A stretch of DNA of 63,260 bases, the filler included, from Intoshia linei (Eukaryota > Animalia > Orthonectida): the NCBI GenBank assembly GCA_001642005.1. It is 5 parts of 5 records of this genome, joined end to end, with 100 filler letters (N's around TTAATTAATTAA, not from the genome) between each part and the next. Parts side by side here need not be neighbours in the genome. Positions count along the whole stretch, not along the records: positions 8,012 to 20,156 come from LWCA01001109.1; positions 20,257 to 32,422 come from LWCA01001106.1; 3 more parts are not named here. One strand, written 5' to 3'. Positions 13,258 through 24,800 of this stretch are shown here, piece by piece. The notes under the pieces were generated by a model, which was given only the letters and a program-made list of their open reading frames with translations, was not told the origin of the DNA and made no database searches. The stretch's first letter is position 1, and each line of letters begins with the position of its first letter. A program made the translations under genes and the position numbers.

Positions 13258-14718
13258 TAGGGTGTTGAATTTTTTTTAAATCAAAAATACAGGGTACTAC
13301 AGGGTAAGAAATATACACTTCAGAGTCGTGGTATAGTTTTTTTAGCTTAAATTTTGAAAAAATCCGGCCACCCCAAGCAAATTAGTTATTATAAATGTAA
13401 TTTTTAAAACCTTAACATTTAATTTATTTTAATTGTTGTTATTATAGTTTTTATTTTTTAATTTGATATTAAGTTGGTATAATGCAAGGGTTCCGCCTTT
13501 TTTTACGGCGAACCGATAATAAATTGTAATATTTATTGCGGACCATTAAATCGAAAATTACTGCTACCTTTAAAAAAAATTCCTAAAAAACGTGATAAAT
13601 TGACTTCTAATTAGTAAAAATTTTTTCACAATTATTTCGCGAACCAGGTAATAATTTTTACGGAATTGTACTACTCCGCGAAGTAGCATTTAATAAACCC
13701 TAGTATAATGTATCACATATCGATAATAGCTCTTATAATTAGAAATATCGTTCTGGGAATTTAGTAATAAGGGCTAAGCCTAATATCTTTTTTTACGCAT
13801 TACTTCTTTAGAAACCGGTACGCGAATACCCGTTGTAAAATACACTATTGGAAGATATTTAACAAAAATTGAAATTTCGAGATCTACAGCATTGTAAATC
13901 TGATTTACTAAATCATAACTCAAAAACTCTATAATTTGCATGATAAAAAACTCAAATAAATATTTCTTTGAGTTGCATTGTAAGGAAATTATCAAAACTA
14001 TCGTGGAATATGACATTTAAGTGACGTTCAAATCTGAAAAAAAGTGATGCATTTCGATCAAATTTGACATCTAAGATTATTCTTTTACCAATAATAGAGA
14101 AGATGTAAATTGGTATAAACTTACATTCAAAAATGGCATCGAACACTATATTCGTTAATCTCATATAGAAGAATTACCACGTCCCCATCCATCAAAAACA
14201 GCGCGGTTACCTAAAATTTATTTCCAATACATTGTTGGATCAATGATACTGTGTATGAAAAAGTTGTTTTATACAAGACTACTTTTGTTTGGGATCAGAA
14301 ATTTTCCTCTTTCTGTCTTACCAAAAAGATGCAAATATATCACAATATGCAATGCACATGTTTTTTAAAACAATATTTATATTTTTCGGTACCACCTCTT
14401 CAAGTTTCTCTAACAATGAGGTTTCTGAGCGTGCAATAAACAGAGTACAATACCGATAAAACAGATCCTCATTCAAGTATATTGACGATAAACTAAGTCA
14501 ATAATACAATTAATAAACTGAAAAATATATAAATATATAGGAATAATAAACAATCGTTCATAATAAAATGTGTGATTTTTCAAAGTGAAAGATGGCCGGA
14601 CTTTTTATCATTATATTAAAAAATAAAATTATAGATGTGATTTATAGAATATTACTCATACTACACAGCCATGTATTTTATCAATTTTTAAAATTCGACT
14701 AAAAAGTTAACGCTCTAA
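13258..14718 (-). mobile_element. Decayed TIR DNA transposon, superfamily uncertain
   Basis: Degenerate long inverted ends: ttagggtgttgaa...tccggccacc on the left and gatggccgga...ttaacgctctaa on the right. Broken minus-strand ORFs lie at 13780-14164. Confidence 0.5.
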
Positions 14719-15287
14719 TGACCATATCAATACGAAACATCTACATGTACATTAGTATACATTTAATTAAAAAAAATTTATTTTACATTATTTAGAGTTT
14801 TTTAAAAAACATGTTTAGATTCGTTCTATGGATGGTTTCTACGTTTCGTTACTTATAAATAATAAATAAATAATTATTAATAAATAATGCTTAAAAACGT
14901 ATTATTATTATTAACTTCTTACTATTAAATTTACTTTTAGTTATTATGTTCTAATAATTGTCCACGCTGTGTATACTTTTAGTGCTAATTTCCAAATAAT
15001 GCAAAAATAAATACCAATTAAATAAAAAATAATTTGTAAAGAAGGTTTTATGAAATTTTTTTTTTTAGAAAATTTTGAAGAGGATATTTATCAAAATTTT
15101 AGAAAAATTTAACCATAAGGATAAGAGTATAAATATAAATGTGTAAACAAAGTTTGCAGATGATGTATCAATTGATCGGAGCTCTAAGTGTACTATTCAT
15201 AAACATTTTTAATATGCTGAGATGTTCTGAGAACTCTAAATCAATATACATCCAAAAATATGAATTTATTGACAATATATATCACGA

Positions 15288-16204
15288 TTAAAGACCTTCA
15301 TTCCAAAAATAAACATCCTAAATATATATAAATGAATATGTTGCTGAACGTTACTTACATTTTTAGGAACATAATAGTTACAAAGAGATTTTTGACAGCA
15401 AGTGAAACAGTGCCAATTTGTACTGGGTTTTTTAATACAATATTGTTTCATTTCTTTTTCGCGGTCAATGCATCTTGATAATACATCACATCCCTTGCTT
15501 ATTAAGTAATATCTGTTTGTTTCTACCAGGTTATTTCGATCGTATTCTAAGTAATAATTATCGCATCAAGTCTGGAAACAAATATATTTTTAAAAAATAC
15601 TAAATACAATGTAATCTACTTTGTACAATAGTGTTTTAAAAGTTTTTTTTTGTACATGCATTCTGCCAAACTCATATTGTAACATGAAAATTATGCACTA
15701 GACATGTAAATAGCTATTAACTGTTTCTCTTTCCAGTAGTAGATTATTTATTATTTATCGATGTTTAAAGTTATAATTTTGTAAAAATTATCCGAAAATT
15801 TCTTTCATTCAAAAAATGCTATTAAAACAATTGTATATAAATGAACCTTCATATCTAACGTATGTTGCACAAGCTTCTTGTTGGGGAAGACATTCAACAT
15901 TGTCAAAAGCTATGCAATTTCCATAATTATTTGTTTGATTAGTACATTTATAGCATGATAAACAATTCACACCTAAATAAATATATTACACACTAAATAA
16001 TTATGTACGTCTAGGGGGAATCAGATTTTAAAATTTTACATCATTCATTGAAAATTTAAAAAGTGTCACTTTCCATGATTTAGTAAAAAATACAAACCTC
16101 CTCGTCCTAAAACACATAATGCTAAAAATATAGTATTGAACAGCATTCTGATGGATACTAATAAAATATTTGAAATTATATGCAAATTTACATAGGGTCT
16201 CCAT
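15288..16204 (-). CDS. Ly6/uPAR three-finger protein, paralogue A
   Basis: Spliced product: METL|LSIRMLFNTIFLALCVLGRG|GVNCLSCYKC...CIAFDNVECLPQQEACATYVRYE|...ISKGCDVLSRC...YCIKKPSTNWHCFTCCQKSLCNYYVPKN|DVYFWNEGL*. It has a signal peptide and the CCxxxxCN motif. Confidence 0.85.
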
Positions 16205-16280
16205 GAATATTTCATTTCACGTATTCAATCAAGCATAACCACTAAACTTTTTTATTAATCATTTAAAAATTACGTTATTT

Positions 16281-17958
16281 ATGATTACCTTTACAGTCAA
16301 AATAATACTCATAATTTTTATATTTTTTGCAAAAAGTAATTCTCATTTATTCATTATCATTTATATTTATTATAATGTTAGATAGCTTATCTTTACAATG
16401 TTACGCTTGTATAAATGAAGACGACAATACTGATAAATGTAAAAAAACTGTTGTGCAGTGTAAACAATACGATAACGCTTGTGTAACTAGAGTTCGATAT
16501 GGAAGTATAGTATCTTTAAAATTATCATAAATTAAAATATGAACTGGCGTATACACTAGTGTTGTGCAACACGATCGTAACACCAACTTAACATCATTAC
16601 GGATCGTCTTTAAAAAATTTTCATATTTATCTTATACGAAAATTTTCACAAATTTTTAACTTGCAATTGAACGAGTTTCACTGTATACATTTGTTTTATT
16701 ACTGCATAGAATAACAACTTCAAAATTAATGTAAAATCTTCTTTATCCCACATTTTAATAGTGAAAATTTTTTATTAAAGCAACCTAACACTTAAATGTT
16801 ACCTGGTAACGTGTTCAGGATTAAAGCGATTTTTTGAAAAAAATATGTGGTCCACATACATTTATTTATGTACATTTATTTTCTTGACAAATTGTCCACA
16901 GTGGAAAACGTTGGAATCATTTTTATAGAAGTGTTCTTAAACAAAATGTTTAGTAAACATGATTTACTGTATCTACAACTGTATATTAAAAAATTAGTTG
17001 CTCCATATTGGGTTCCAAATGGAATACGACAATTTTACATATCCAAGTATTGTCAATCCATGGTGAATTGTTTAAAAGATGAAAATGCAAGAAGAACTAG
17101 GTGCAAAAGAGACTGGTACCGGGATTGGGAGTGTATCGAGTGTTGCAGTGGAGATTTATGCAATTATTATGTTACGGTAATTTACAGTCTTTTCTTCCAC
17201 GTGTACTACCACTGATATTATTATTCTTACATAGTACAATGTATATTAGGGTGTCAACCATATTTCGGAAATCCTTTTTGACCCTGAAGTTATCACTTAT
17301 TCGGATTGAAATTTTTTTGTGTGTTAACAGGATACAACTGTACCACCTGTAAATTTTTTTAATTGTAGGACTGTTTTCATAATAAAAAAAAGGGTCATTT
17401 GTGGTTTTGGCCCGGAAGATATAATTTTTTTAAATTTAAATTTATGATAATGTTTATGATTTTAAAATCCGTATCAGCGTATATATTTTTTTAAATTCTT
17501 CAACTTGTTTAATTTTCAAAAAAAGGACAATTCGNATATTTTTTTAAATTCTTCAACTTGTTTAATTTTCAAAAAAAGGACAATTCGGGTTTTTGACCCG
17601 TAAGATGTGAGTTTGGGATGTTGAAATTTATCTTATTATCACCTCCGGAAAAAACTGTATTATTTTTAATGTAATATTTTTTAATAATTTATTAACTTAA
17701 ATGTAAAAAATAATATTATATTGTAATGTATTGTTTAAAAAATTCCAAAATGTTTTTCTTTATTACAATATCAATTCTAGTATTTTTATTCATGTATTCG
17801 ATATAAATAGAAATATAATTACAATGCAATCTAATGTAGATAAATCCATTAAGAAAAAATTAAGTAATTCAGTGTCCATAAATTTTAATTTTCGGGCCTT
17901 AAACATGGTAGTTACAGCTCTAACGATATTTATTAATTTACTATTTATTTATATTTAA
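16281..17958 (+). CDS. Ly6/uPAR three-finger protein, paralogue B, probably GPI-anchored
   Basis: Spliced product: MITFTVKIILIIFIFFAK|NSLSLQCYACINEDDNTDKCKKTVVQCKQYDNACVTRVRYG|IAPYW...ISKYC...RCKRDWYRDWECIECCSGDLCNYYVT. A hydrophobic tail (...VVTALTIFINLLFIYI*) ends at 17958. The last acceptor site is uncertain. Confidence 0.85.
17275..17660 (-). mobile_element. Helitron-like family H fragment in the last intron of Ly6-B
   Basis: Shared blocks gtgtgttaacaggatacaactgtaccacctgt and ttttgacccgtaagatgtgag. Confidence 0.7.
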
Positions 17959-18057
17959 ATTTTTTATCTAAAATAAATATTTAGATGTCCTCATCTCAAA
18001 CAAAAGTTTCCATAGTCTTAATTGCCATTTTATTTTTACAAATAGTATTGTAAAATT

Positions 18058-18150
18058 TATTTAAAATTTTAAATTGTTTGTATATATTCCAATTTTATAT
18101 TAAAATTTTAAATTGTTTGTATATATTTCAATTTTATATTAAAATTTTAA
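18058..18150. repeat. Short tandem duplication (about 40-bp unit, about 2.3 copies)
   Basis: ttaaaattttaaattgtttgtatatatt(c/t)caattttata is repeated directly. Confidence 0.7.
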
Positions 18151-18524
18151 CATAAATGATAAATATTTCTGGTAGCCTTATTCTATAGAATTGAATTCAA
18201 AAAGTAGTAATTAAATATTGACCTGAATTAAAGTATGGATAATTACAAAAATGCATATATAAATGGGCATAATTGTTTGCTACATGTATGGTTTGAAACA
18301 TGATTCATATTATTACAATCTAATGGTATTAAATGAAACATAGTTTTGATTTAATCGTATCACTCTTGAAAATTTGTCAGTGTGATACTGTCTTTATTGT
18401 ATTGTGCATTATTTCGTATTCTTTGAAATTATACACAATACTAAACATTTTATATTTGAGATTAAAGGTTAACAAAACTAAAAATACGCCACAATATTAA
18501 ATAAGTAAGTTATAATTATCAATT

Positions 18525-19064
18525 ATGACGAAAGAGATAAGTCGAAGAGTCAGCAAAATAATGGTAATTGATCAATAACTACATGTTTATTTATATCAAA
18601 TGATATCGTACATTATTTTATATTAGATTCGACGCATGAATTATGCAAAAAATTCAATATTGTCGCGTAAAGTCAGTAAGATTTGTAACAAGAAAGAAAA
18701 TACGTATAGATTGGAACCTGAACACGAATATAGTTTGTCAATGAATTTAATCAACAAGATTATACATTCTGGTATAGAAGAATTCAAGAAAACTCATGGG
18801 CACATCTTAGAGGGCGTAATTAAATATGATGTAATTATGATAATGTTAAAAGAATTTGTTGATAAGATTAAACATGATATTAAGCCGTTCTTGGCTAGTA
18901 GGTATAAAATGATTATAACAGTTACACACTTAAAAAACACTTTGGATTTTAGCAGTGATACTGGATTTCTCTGGAATACAAAATTTGATCAATATACTAA
19001 TTCTGTTATCACTATGGGAGAACATCAATTTATTATGAGCACATATTTTTTGTACGTTGAATAA
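18525..19064 (+). CDS. Tctex1-domain dynein light chain (TCTEX1D/DYNLT2-like)
   Basis: MTKEISRRVSKIM, intron 18564-18626, then ENTYRLEP...RYKMIITV...FLWNTKFD...YFLYVE*. These are characteristic Tctex1 domain motifs. Confidence 0.85.
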
Positions 19065-19863
19065 ATAAATATTTTTAAACTCTTACAAGATTATGCTAAT
19101 TTTCAAAAAGAGAATTCAAGAAATGTCAATTATAAAATTATTAAATTGAATACAAAAAAATCAAAATTGAAACATTAAAAACTTGAAATGTTAGTCTTTT
19201 TAAAGTGAACAAATTAAATTTGACATTAATGTTTGACTGAGAATAAGCAATAAAATATATTTATGACACGAAATTTCTCCAATGCAATAAAAATTTGAAT
19301 TTTTTACAACTATAAATTGTAAATGACAATGCAATTAATTTATTACCATTCATGTTTTACAACAATAAAAATTTTACATATCACTTTTTGTAAATACTGT
19401 GTGATATATTTCATTGTATACACCGATAAAACTTCATTATTTAGTAACAAATGGTCACTAGTAGATTTTTCTCAACTGAACAATAAAAATATGCTTCTCA
19501 TCATGCATCCAATACTAAAGATGAAATCTCAAATGTTGGAACTAAAAAACTTTCGTTTTAAAATATTTCAAGTTGACTCATGAAAATAATAAATACATAC
19601 ATCACTATTAAGAAAAGGATATTCATTAATTTCAAAAAATTGAAATTTTTAATTAATTTTAATTAAAATTAATCATCATTGCTAAACATGATTGATATAG
19701 ACCTTAATATTTGGGATATATTTAGTTTTTACTTATATAACGGTTACTAAAACTAATTTTTTAACATTATACTTTTCAAAACACTATTTCATTATGTTAT
19801 TACCCCAACATCAATTTTTTGTTTTTTGAAAAAAATGTATGAAGAGTATTGGTATTGTGCACA

Positions 19864-20156
19864 TTAGGGTGTCACATCAAATATTTTTTTTAAGAAATTC
19901 AAAAACATACCCAGTAGATTAGATGTAATTTGATAAAAAAATGACAATCCGATGACTAATTTTGAAAAATACTCATTAATGACTCAGCGTTGATCAATTA
20001 ACTAATTAACAAAAAATAACTAAATTTAAGTTTATTTTCATTTTATTTTTAATTTTTTTTACAAAAAGTGAAATTCCTGTTTTGTTTGTGGAGAAAAATT
20101 AGAAATGTTTGTATATTTTAATAAAACGCGTTCAGCTGCATCATTTGCAATTTACT
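19864..20156 (-). mobile_element. End of a DNA transposon with a transposase C-terminal remnant (ANDAAERV), cut by the spacer
   Basis: The ttagggtg terminus is like the one at 13258. The minus strand reads ANDAAERV next to the N-run. Confidence 0.45.
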
Positions 20157-20256
20157 NNNNNNNNNNNNNNNNNNNNNNNNNNNNNNNNNNNNNNNNNNNN
20201 TTAATTAATTAANNNNNNNNNNNNNNNNNNNNNNNNNNNNNNNNNNNNNNNNNNNN

Positions 20257-21312
20257 GAAAGTATAGCCTCATTTTCATCATAATCTATTTTTAAAAAATC
20301 TTCTATGCTTATTTGATCTAGAATGGCTGCTTCTTTAACAAACTTGATTAATTTTAAACATTCTGTATCAGATTTTTCCACTTCTACTTCATCTTTAATA
20401 AGATGTTTAAAACAATATATTGTAGTTTCTTTTATATTTGACCAAGCAAGATCTGTAAATATAATCACATCTTTTAAGTTGATTTTTTTATATGCATCAA
20501 ATACGGCCTTTCCATTTTCAATTTCTTGCAAAATACTCGACATTTTATAATTGTTGAATAAAACTTTAAATGTTTTGATTATTCCTCTGTCCATAGGCTG
20601 AAGAATACCTGTAATATTTTTGAAAGATATATGACTTCTATGTTAGAAAGTATCAAGTCTCCACTAGCGTGGGTTGGACAATTATCCACCAACAATAATA
20701 TTTTTCTTTCTGATTTTTTTAGTTCAGAATTAAACTTAATCAGCCATTGTTTATAAAGTTTGGATGTCATCCAAGCGCGATCGGATTTATCATAAAAAAC
20801 ATTTTTTGTGATCAAAATTTCTAAAGCATCTTGGTTTTTCGAAAATTTACCAATAATCAAAGGTTTTAGTTTATGTGTTCCATCAAAATTTGAACAAAGA
20901 GCAATAGATACTCTGTCTTTAATTAGCTTATGCCCTTTTCTAACATTTTTTGTGACTGTTCGTGATGGGATTAATTTATAGAATAATCCAGTTTCATCCA
21001 TGTTATAAATATCTCTTAATTGGTATTTTTTTAATTTCTATTGGAAAGTCTCTGTAGCTAAAGCTAAAGAAACACTGCTTATCCTTTTATCTTTCTCATA
21101 GTATTTCAAGATTTCAAGCTGTTCCTTTAAATTTAATCTTTTCTCTTTTTCTTTCCATTTACTGGGATAAAAAATAAAGTTAGATACTTTTCAAAAAATA
21201 ATTAAAATTAAAAAACTTTTATTTTTTTCGTTTGACACCTACAGTAAAATTTTTTTATACTAAAAAAAGAAAAAAATTTAAAATTTAAAGGCGAATTTGA
21301 GAATATTCACTG
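20257..21312 (-). mobile_element. pogo/Tigger (CENP-B-like DDE_1) transposon, frameshifted and cut by the spacer
   Basis: NMDETGLFYK, KLKPLIIGK, AWMT, ILLLVDNCPTH and MDRGIIKTFK. Terminus TA-CAGTGAATATTC at 21312. Confidence 0.92.
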
Positions 21313-21427
21313 TACCAGTAATACAAAAATTTTTCATAAATAACTGATTAGATAAATAAATTTATTTTATATTTTGATACCACCATGATCCATTGGTAAT
21401 AATTTAAATGTTTAAAAATAAAAATAC

Positions 21428-21808
21428 CTGAGATGATATCTACAAAATTTTTCAGGTTTATGTCAAAATTTTTTTCGAATTTCGACACTGCATTAAATGT
21501 GATAGGTGTTCTATCTCCATGTCTAAACATCGATACTAGTCCAATAACTGTATCAGATGAGTTAGTTCCTAAAATAAAATATTATTCATCATTATATTAT
21601 TACTAATTGCTTGTTTTTTTAGTGTTGAAGGGGGGTTACAATAATTTGAAAAAGTATAAACTTTATCGTGGGTGTAGAGTAGATGTGAAAATTTTCCAGC
21701 AGATGAGTCTTCTGAAAAATGAGATAGTAAGTACATATTGAAAAGCAATATAGCCATTATTAGCATAAAAGCTAGAAACTTTAATAAGAGTCTATAATAT
21801 TGTTTCAT
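21428..21808 (-). CDS. PXYLP1: Histidine acid phosphatase, 2-phosphoxylose phosphatase (PXYLP1/ACPL2)-like; first two exons only
   Basis: Type II transmembrane segment, YCNPP, intron 21569-21603, then MFRHGDRTP (RHGxRxP motif). The downstream intron contains the pogo element and runs into the spacer. Confidence 0.65.
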
Positions 21809-21867
21809 TATAAGTTTAGTTTATATAGTTATTCTGTCTGTGCACAAAACTTGACATTTATTTTGAA

Positions 21868-24800
21868 ATGAATTCAAATTTTAGAAATTCTAAAGGTACA
21901 ACAAGAGAGGTAACACCGTAAAACATATATTTATATTTTTGATACAATTTATAATTACTAACATAATTTTAATCCATGGATGGGAAATCTTTATATTTAC
22001 CTGTTATAAATCCATAATGTGTCATATCTAAGGATCCACCAAAATTATTATGTGTGCCACTGGTTGCCGTCCTGCAGTATATACTATATAGTAATATAGA
22101 TAGTATATAAAGTATCAGAGTAATTGAGATAAAATATTGTGTCATTTTAATTAGTGTAAATATTTTTTGTATATGTAAAATTTTCTTGCCCACGTTTTAA
22201 TGATAATTTCAGTCACTAATTTTAATTATAATTATTGATACCTAGTATCAATAATATGGGGTTTATATACTTTACAAGACAATTGTATACATGTTCGAGT
22301 TTTACTGAGAGTATTATCACATGTAATACATGTATCTGTAACACTGATCTTAACTCGACTAAAATATAAATCAACTTTTTTAATATTTTAAAATATTTTC
22401 TTTTTACTTTTTAATATTTTTTTGTGTATTTAGGAGTGGAATAATTGGCCGACGGTAGAATTTGATGATTTAACTACTTCTTTTGCTATGTTGCAGGTTT
22501 TGTAGAATTTTTTATTAATATTTACTTACATCAGTATATTCAACAATTAATTCGAAAAGAATCCAATAACATGGAACAAATACTTACTCCTATCATTGAA
22601 GAAGAATTTGAGTGGCAATTTGAAATGATCGTGTAATTTTAATAATTTAATTTTTTTTTATATTATTAATAGTACAATAAGCTTACGTTATGTGTGAATT
22701 TATTCAGTTTTTATCTATAATAGTATTTGTAGGATTCCTAAATAATACTTTTTTTAAAGAAGTGAACCACTTTGTAAAATAAAAAATTGGCGGCACCGTT
22801 ATAAGTAGGGCAATTTTTTAAATAACCTATAAAATAAAAAAAAACTTAATGACTGATTTTTAGTAACTTTTAGCTATTATTAGTAACTTTAAAAAATTTT
22901 TTTGTATACAATTATAATTTGAATCTTGTTAACTTAATTGTTTTCATTTATCATTCATCACATGTTGTCATTCATTGTTCATGTTTTTATTTCGTACCAT
23001 TTGAAAATTAAAAATATTTACTGAAATTTTTTTTCTCTAAAAGAATAACTTTCTATTGTTTACCTTCAAGAATGTCCTTCATACTCAATATTCAATATAC
23101 CAAATATTAATTTAAACGAAAAAATTAAACTATGCAAATGGATAATTAATAGAGTATTTATTGTTTTTATACAAAATTATGTATTTTTTGATATTTCCAG
23201 GTTCTAATAGTCTCTGTTTAGTTACCATTTTTTTAACAGACTAAAACTTGTTTCTACGCTGACGGGTGTAGAAGGAGCGTTCCTTAGAGAATGATATAAT
23301 ATTGGGGATTTGTTTGAATCTAAATTATTCATAATGGCATATATGTCGTTTTTCGTTAGACGTTTATTAATATAATCCTTTAAGCTGTGGGGATCCGAAT
23401 CAAAGGACAAATTTATAATACATTGTAGGCCTTTTCTATGCTAAATGACGATTCTTGAGCCATTTCTATTACATCTAACAGAGATAAATATGTACATATT
23501 TGAATCAAAGCATTGTCTAATCCAAGTTAGTTGACAGCTGCTTTAGCTCGATTTATTATTAAATCATTAAATAAGGCCTTAATTTTAGGGTTGTTCAGTT
23601 TATAGAGTGGAATATCCGCAGATATAAATGCCTCCAAAATTTGGTGAGTAAAATCATGAAACATTTTTAAAAATTTAGGTAGAGGAGGAGTATCGTTTGG
23701 CAATCTGTGTTTTTTTGTGTTTCTGTGAACTTTAACAAACTGCAATTGCAATTTATACAACTAAGTGAGTTATCAGTTCTCTTGAATTCATTAGGATACA
23801 TTCATTATGTTGTTCATTTTGAAATGAGGAGATTTTGTAGTTTTTGGCATGCTAAATGAATGTGAGATCATTTCGTTGAAAATGCCTGATGTACATCTTA
23901 CACAATTCTATCGATTCATATTAGAATGGTTTCTAAAGGTGATGCTATCAAAATTTTTATGAAGCCGACGCCACGTATTTGAGTTTGACATGGCTGATAT
24001 ATTATATACCATTTTTAAGTTTTAAAAAAAAGGTAAACATGAAATATAATAAGAACGACGCACATTGTGCGTATGTGTTATAACAGTTATATTATTGAAA
24101 TGCATTGATTGTTTCACAAATGGAATTATAATTATAATATCTTTTTAGACAAATTATTATCGAAATGGGTCGACTACTTGTATCTATCAGTGTAAATTTA
24201 AAATGTTATTAATTCGTATATATTTTATAAAGTCTAATATTATTTTAAATTAATGTTAATTATAATAAATTGTAATAATTTATTAATAATATGAATAATT
24301 TCATATACAACAGGTGTCAATTTTTCACAAAACAAAATATCCAGGGTCACACTTGTTGAGAAATGTAAGTATATTTTTGTTGGCTATGTTTGTAGTTTAA
24401 TTTTCCAAAAAGTCAGACTTTCCTTGACAACATAGTTTGCTAAAATAAATATATTTTTCATAGCCTTGTCATTTAGTATATTTTTATTATATAACTATGT
24501 ATATTATACATATGCAATGTATTAATATAATATAATATAATATATATTATATCAGTCATGTTAAACTTGCTGCCCGTTTCAAATTAAAGTGAGACTTGCC
24601 GCGACTTCTTATATGTGAATAGAATATATATTATATACTATATTATTAAATTTTCCAAAATGAATTGTTTATGATCACTTTTAAACCTAAAATGCGAGAG
24701 ATCACATTAAAATCATTAATATTAATTAACAATAATTAACAATTAATTTTAAATTTGTTATCTGGTTTGAAGTCATTTCAAATACATAATAATCTTGATT

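Noticed and set aside
19323-19583. Standalone 86-aa gene
   Set aside because: There is no coherent homology. A different frame has an HCIHR-like stretch, suggesting a decayed hAT fragment.
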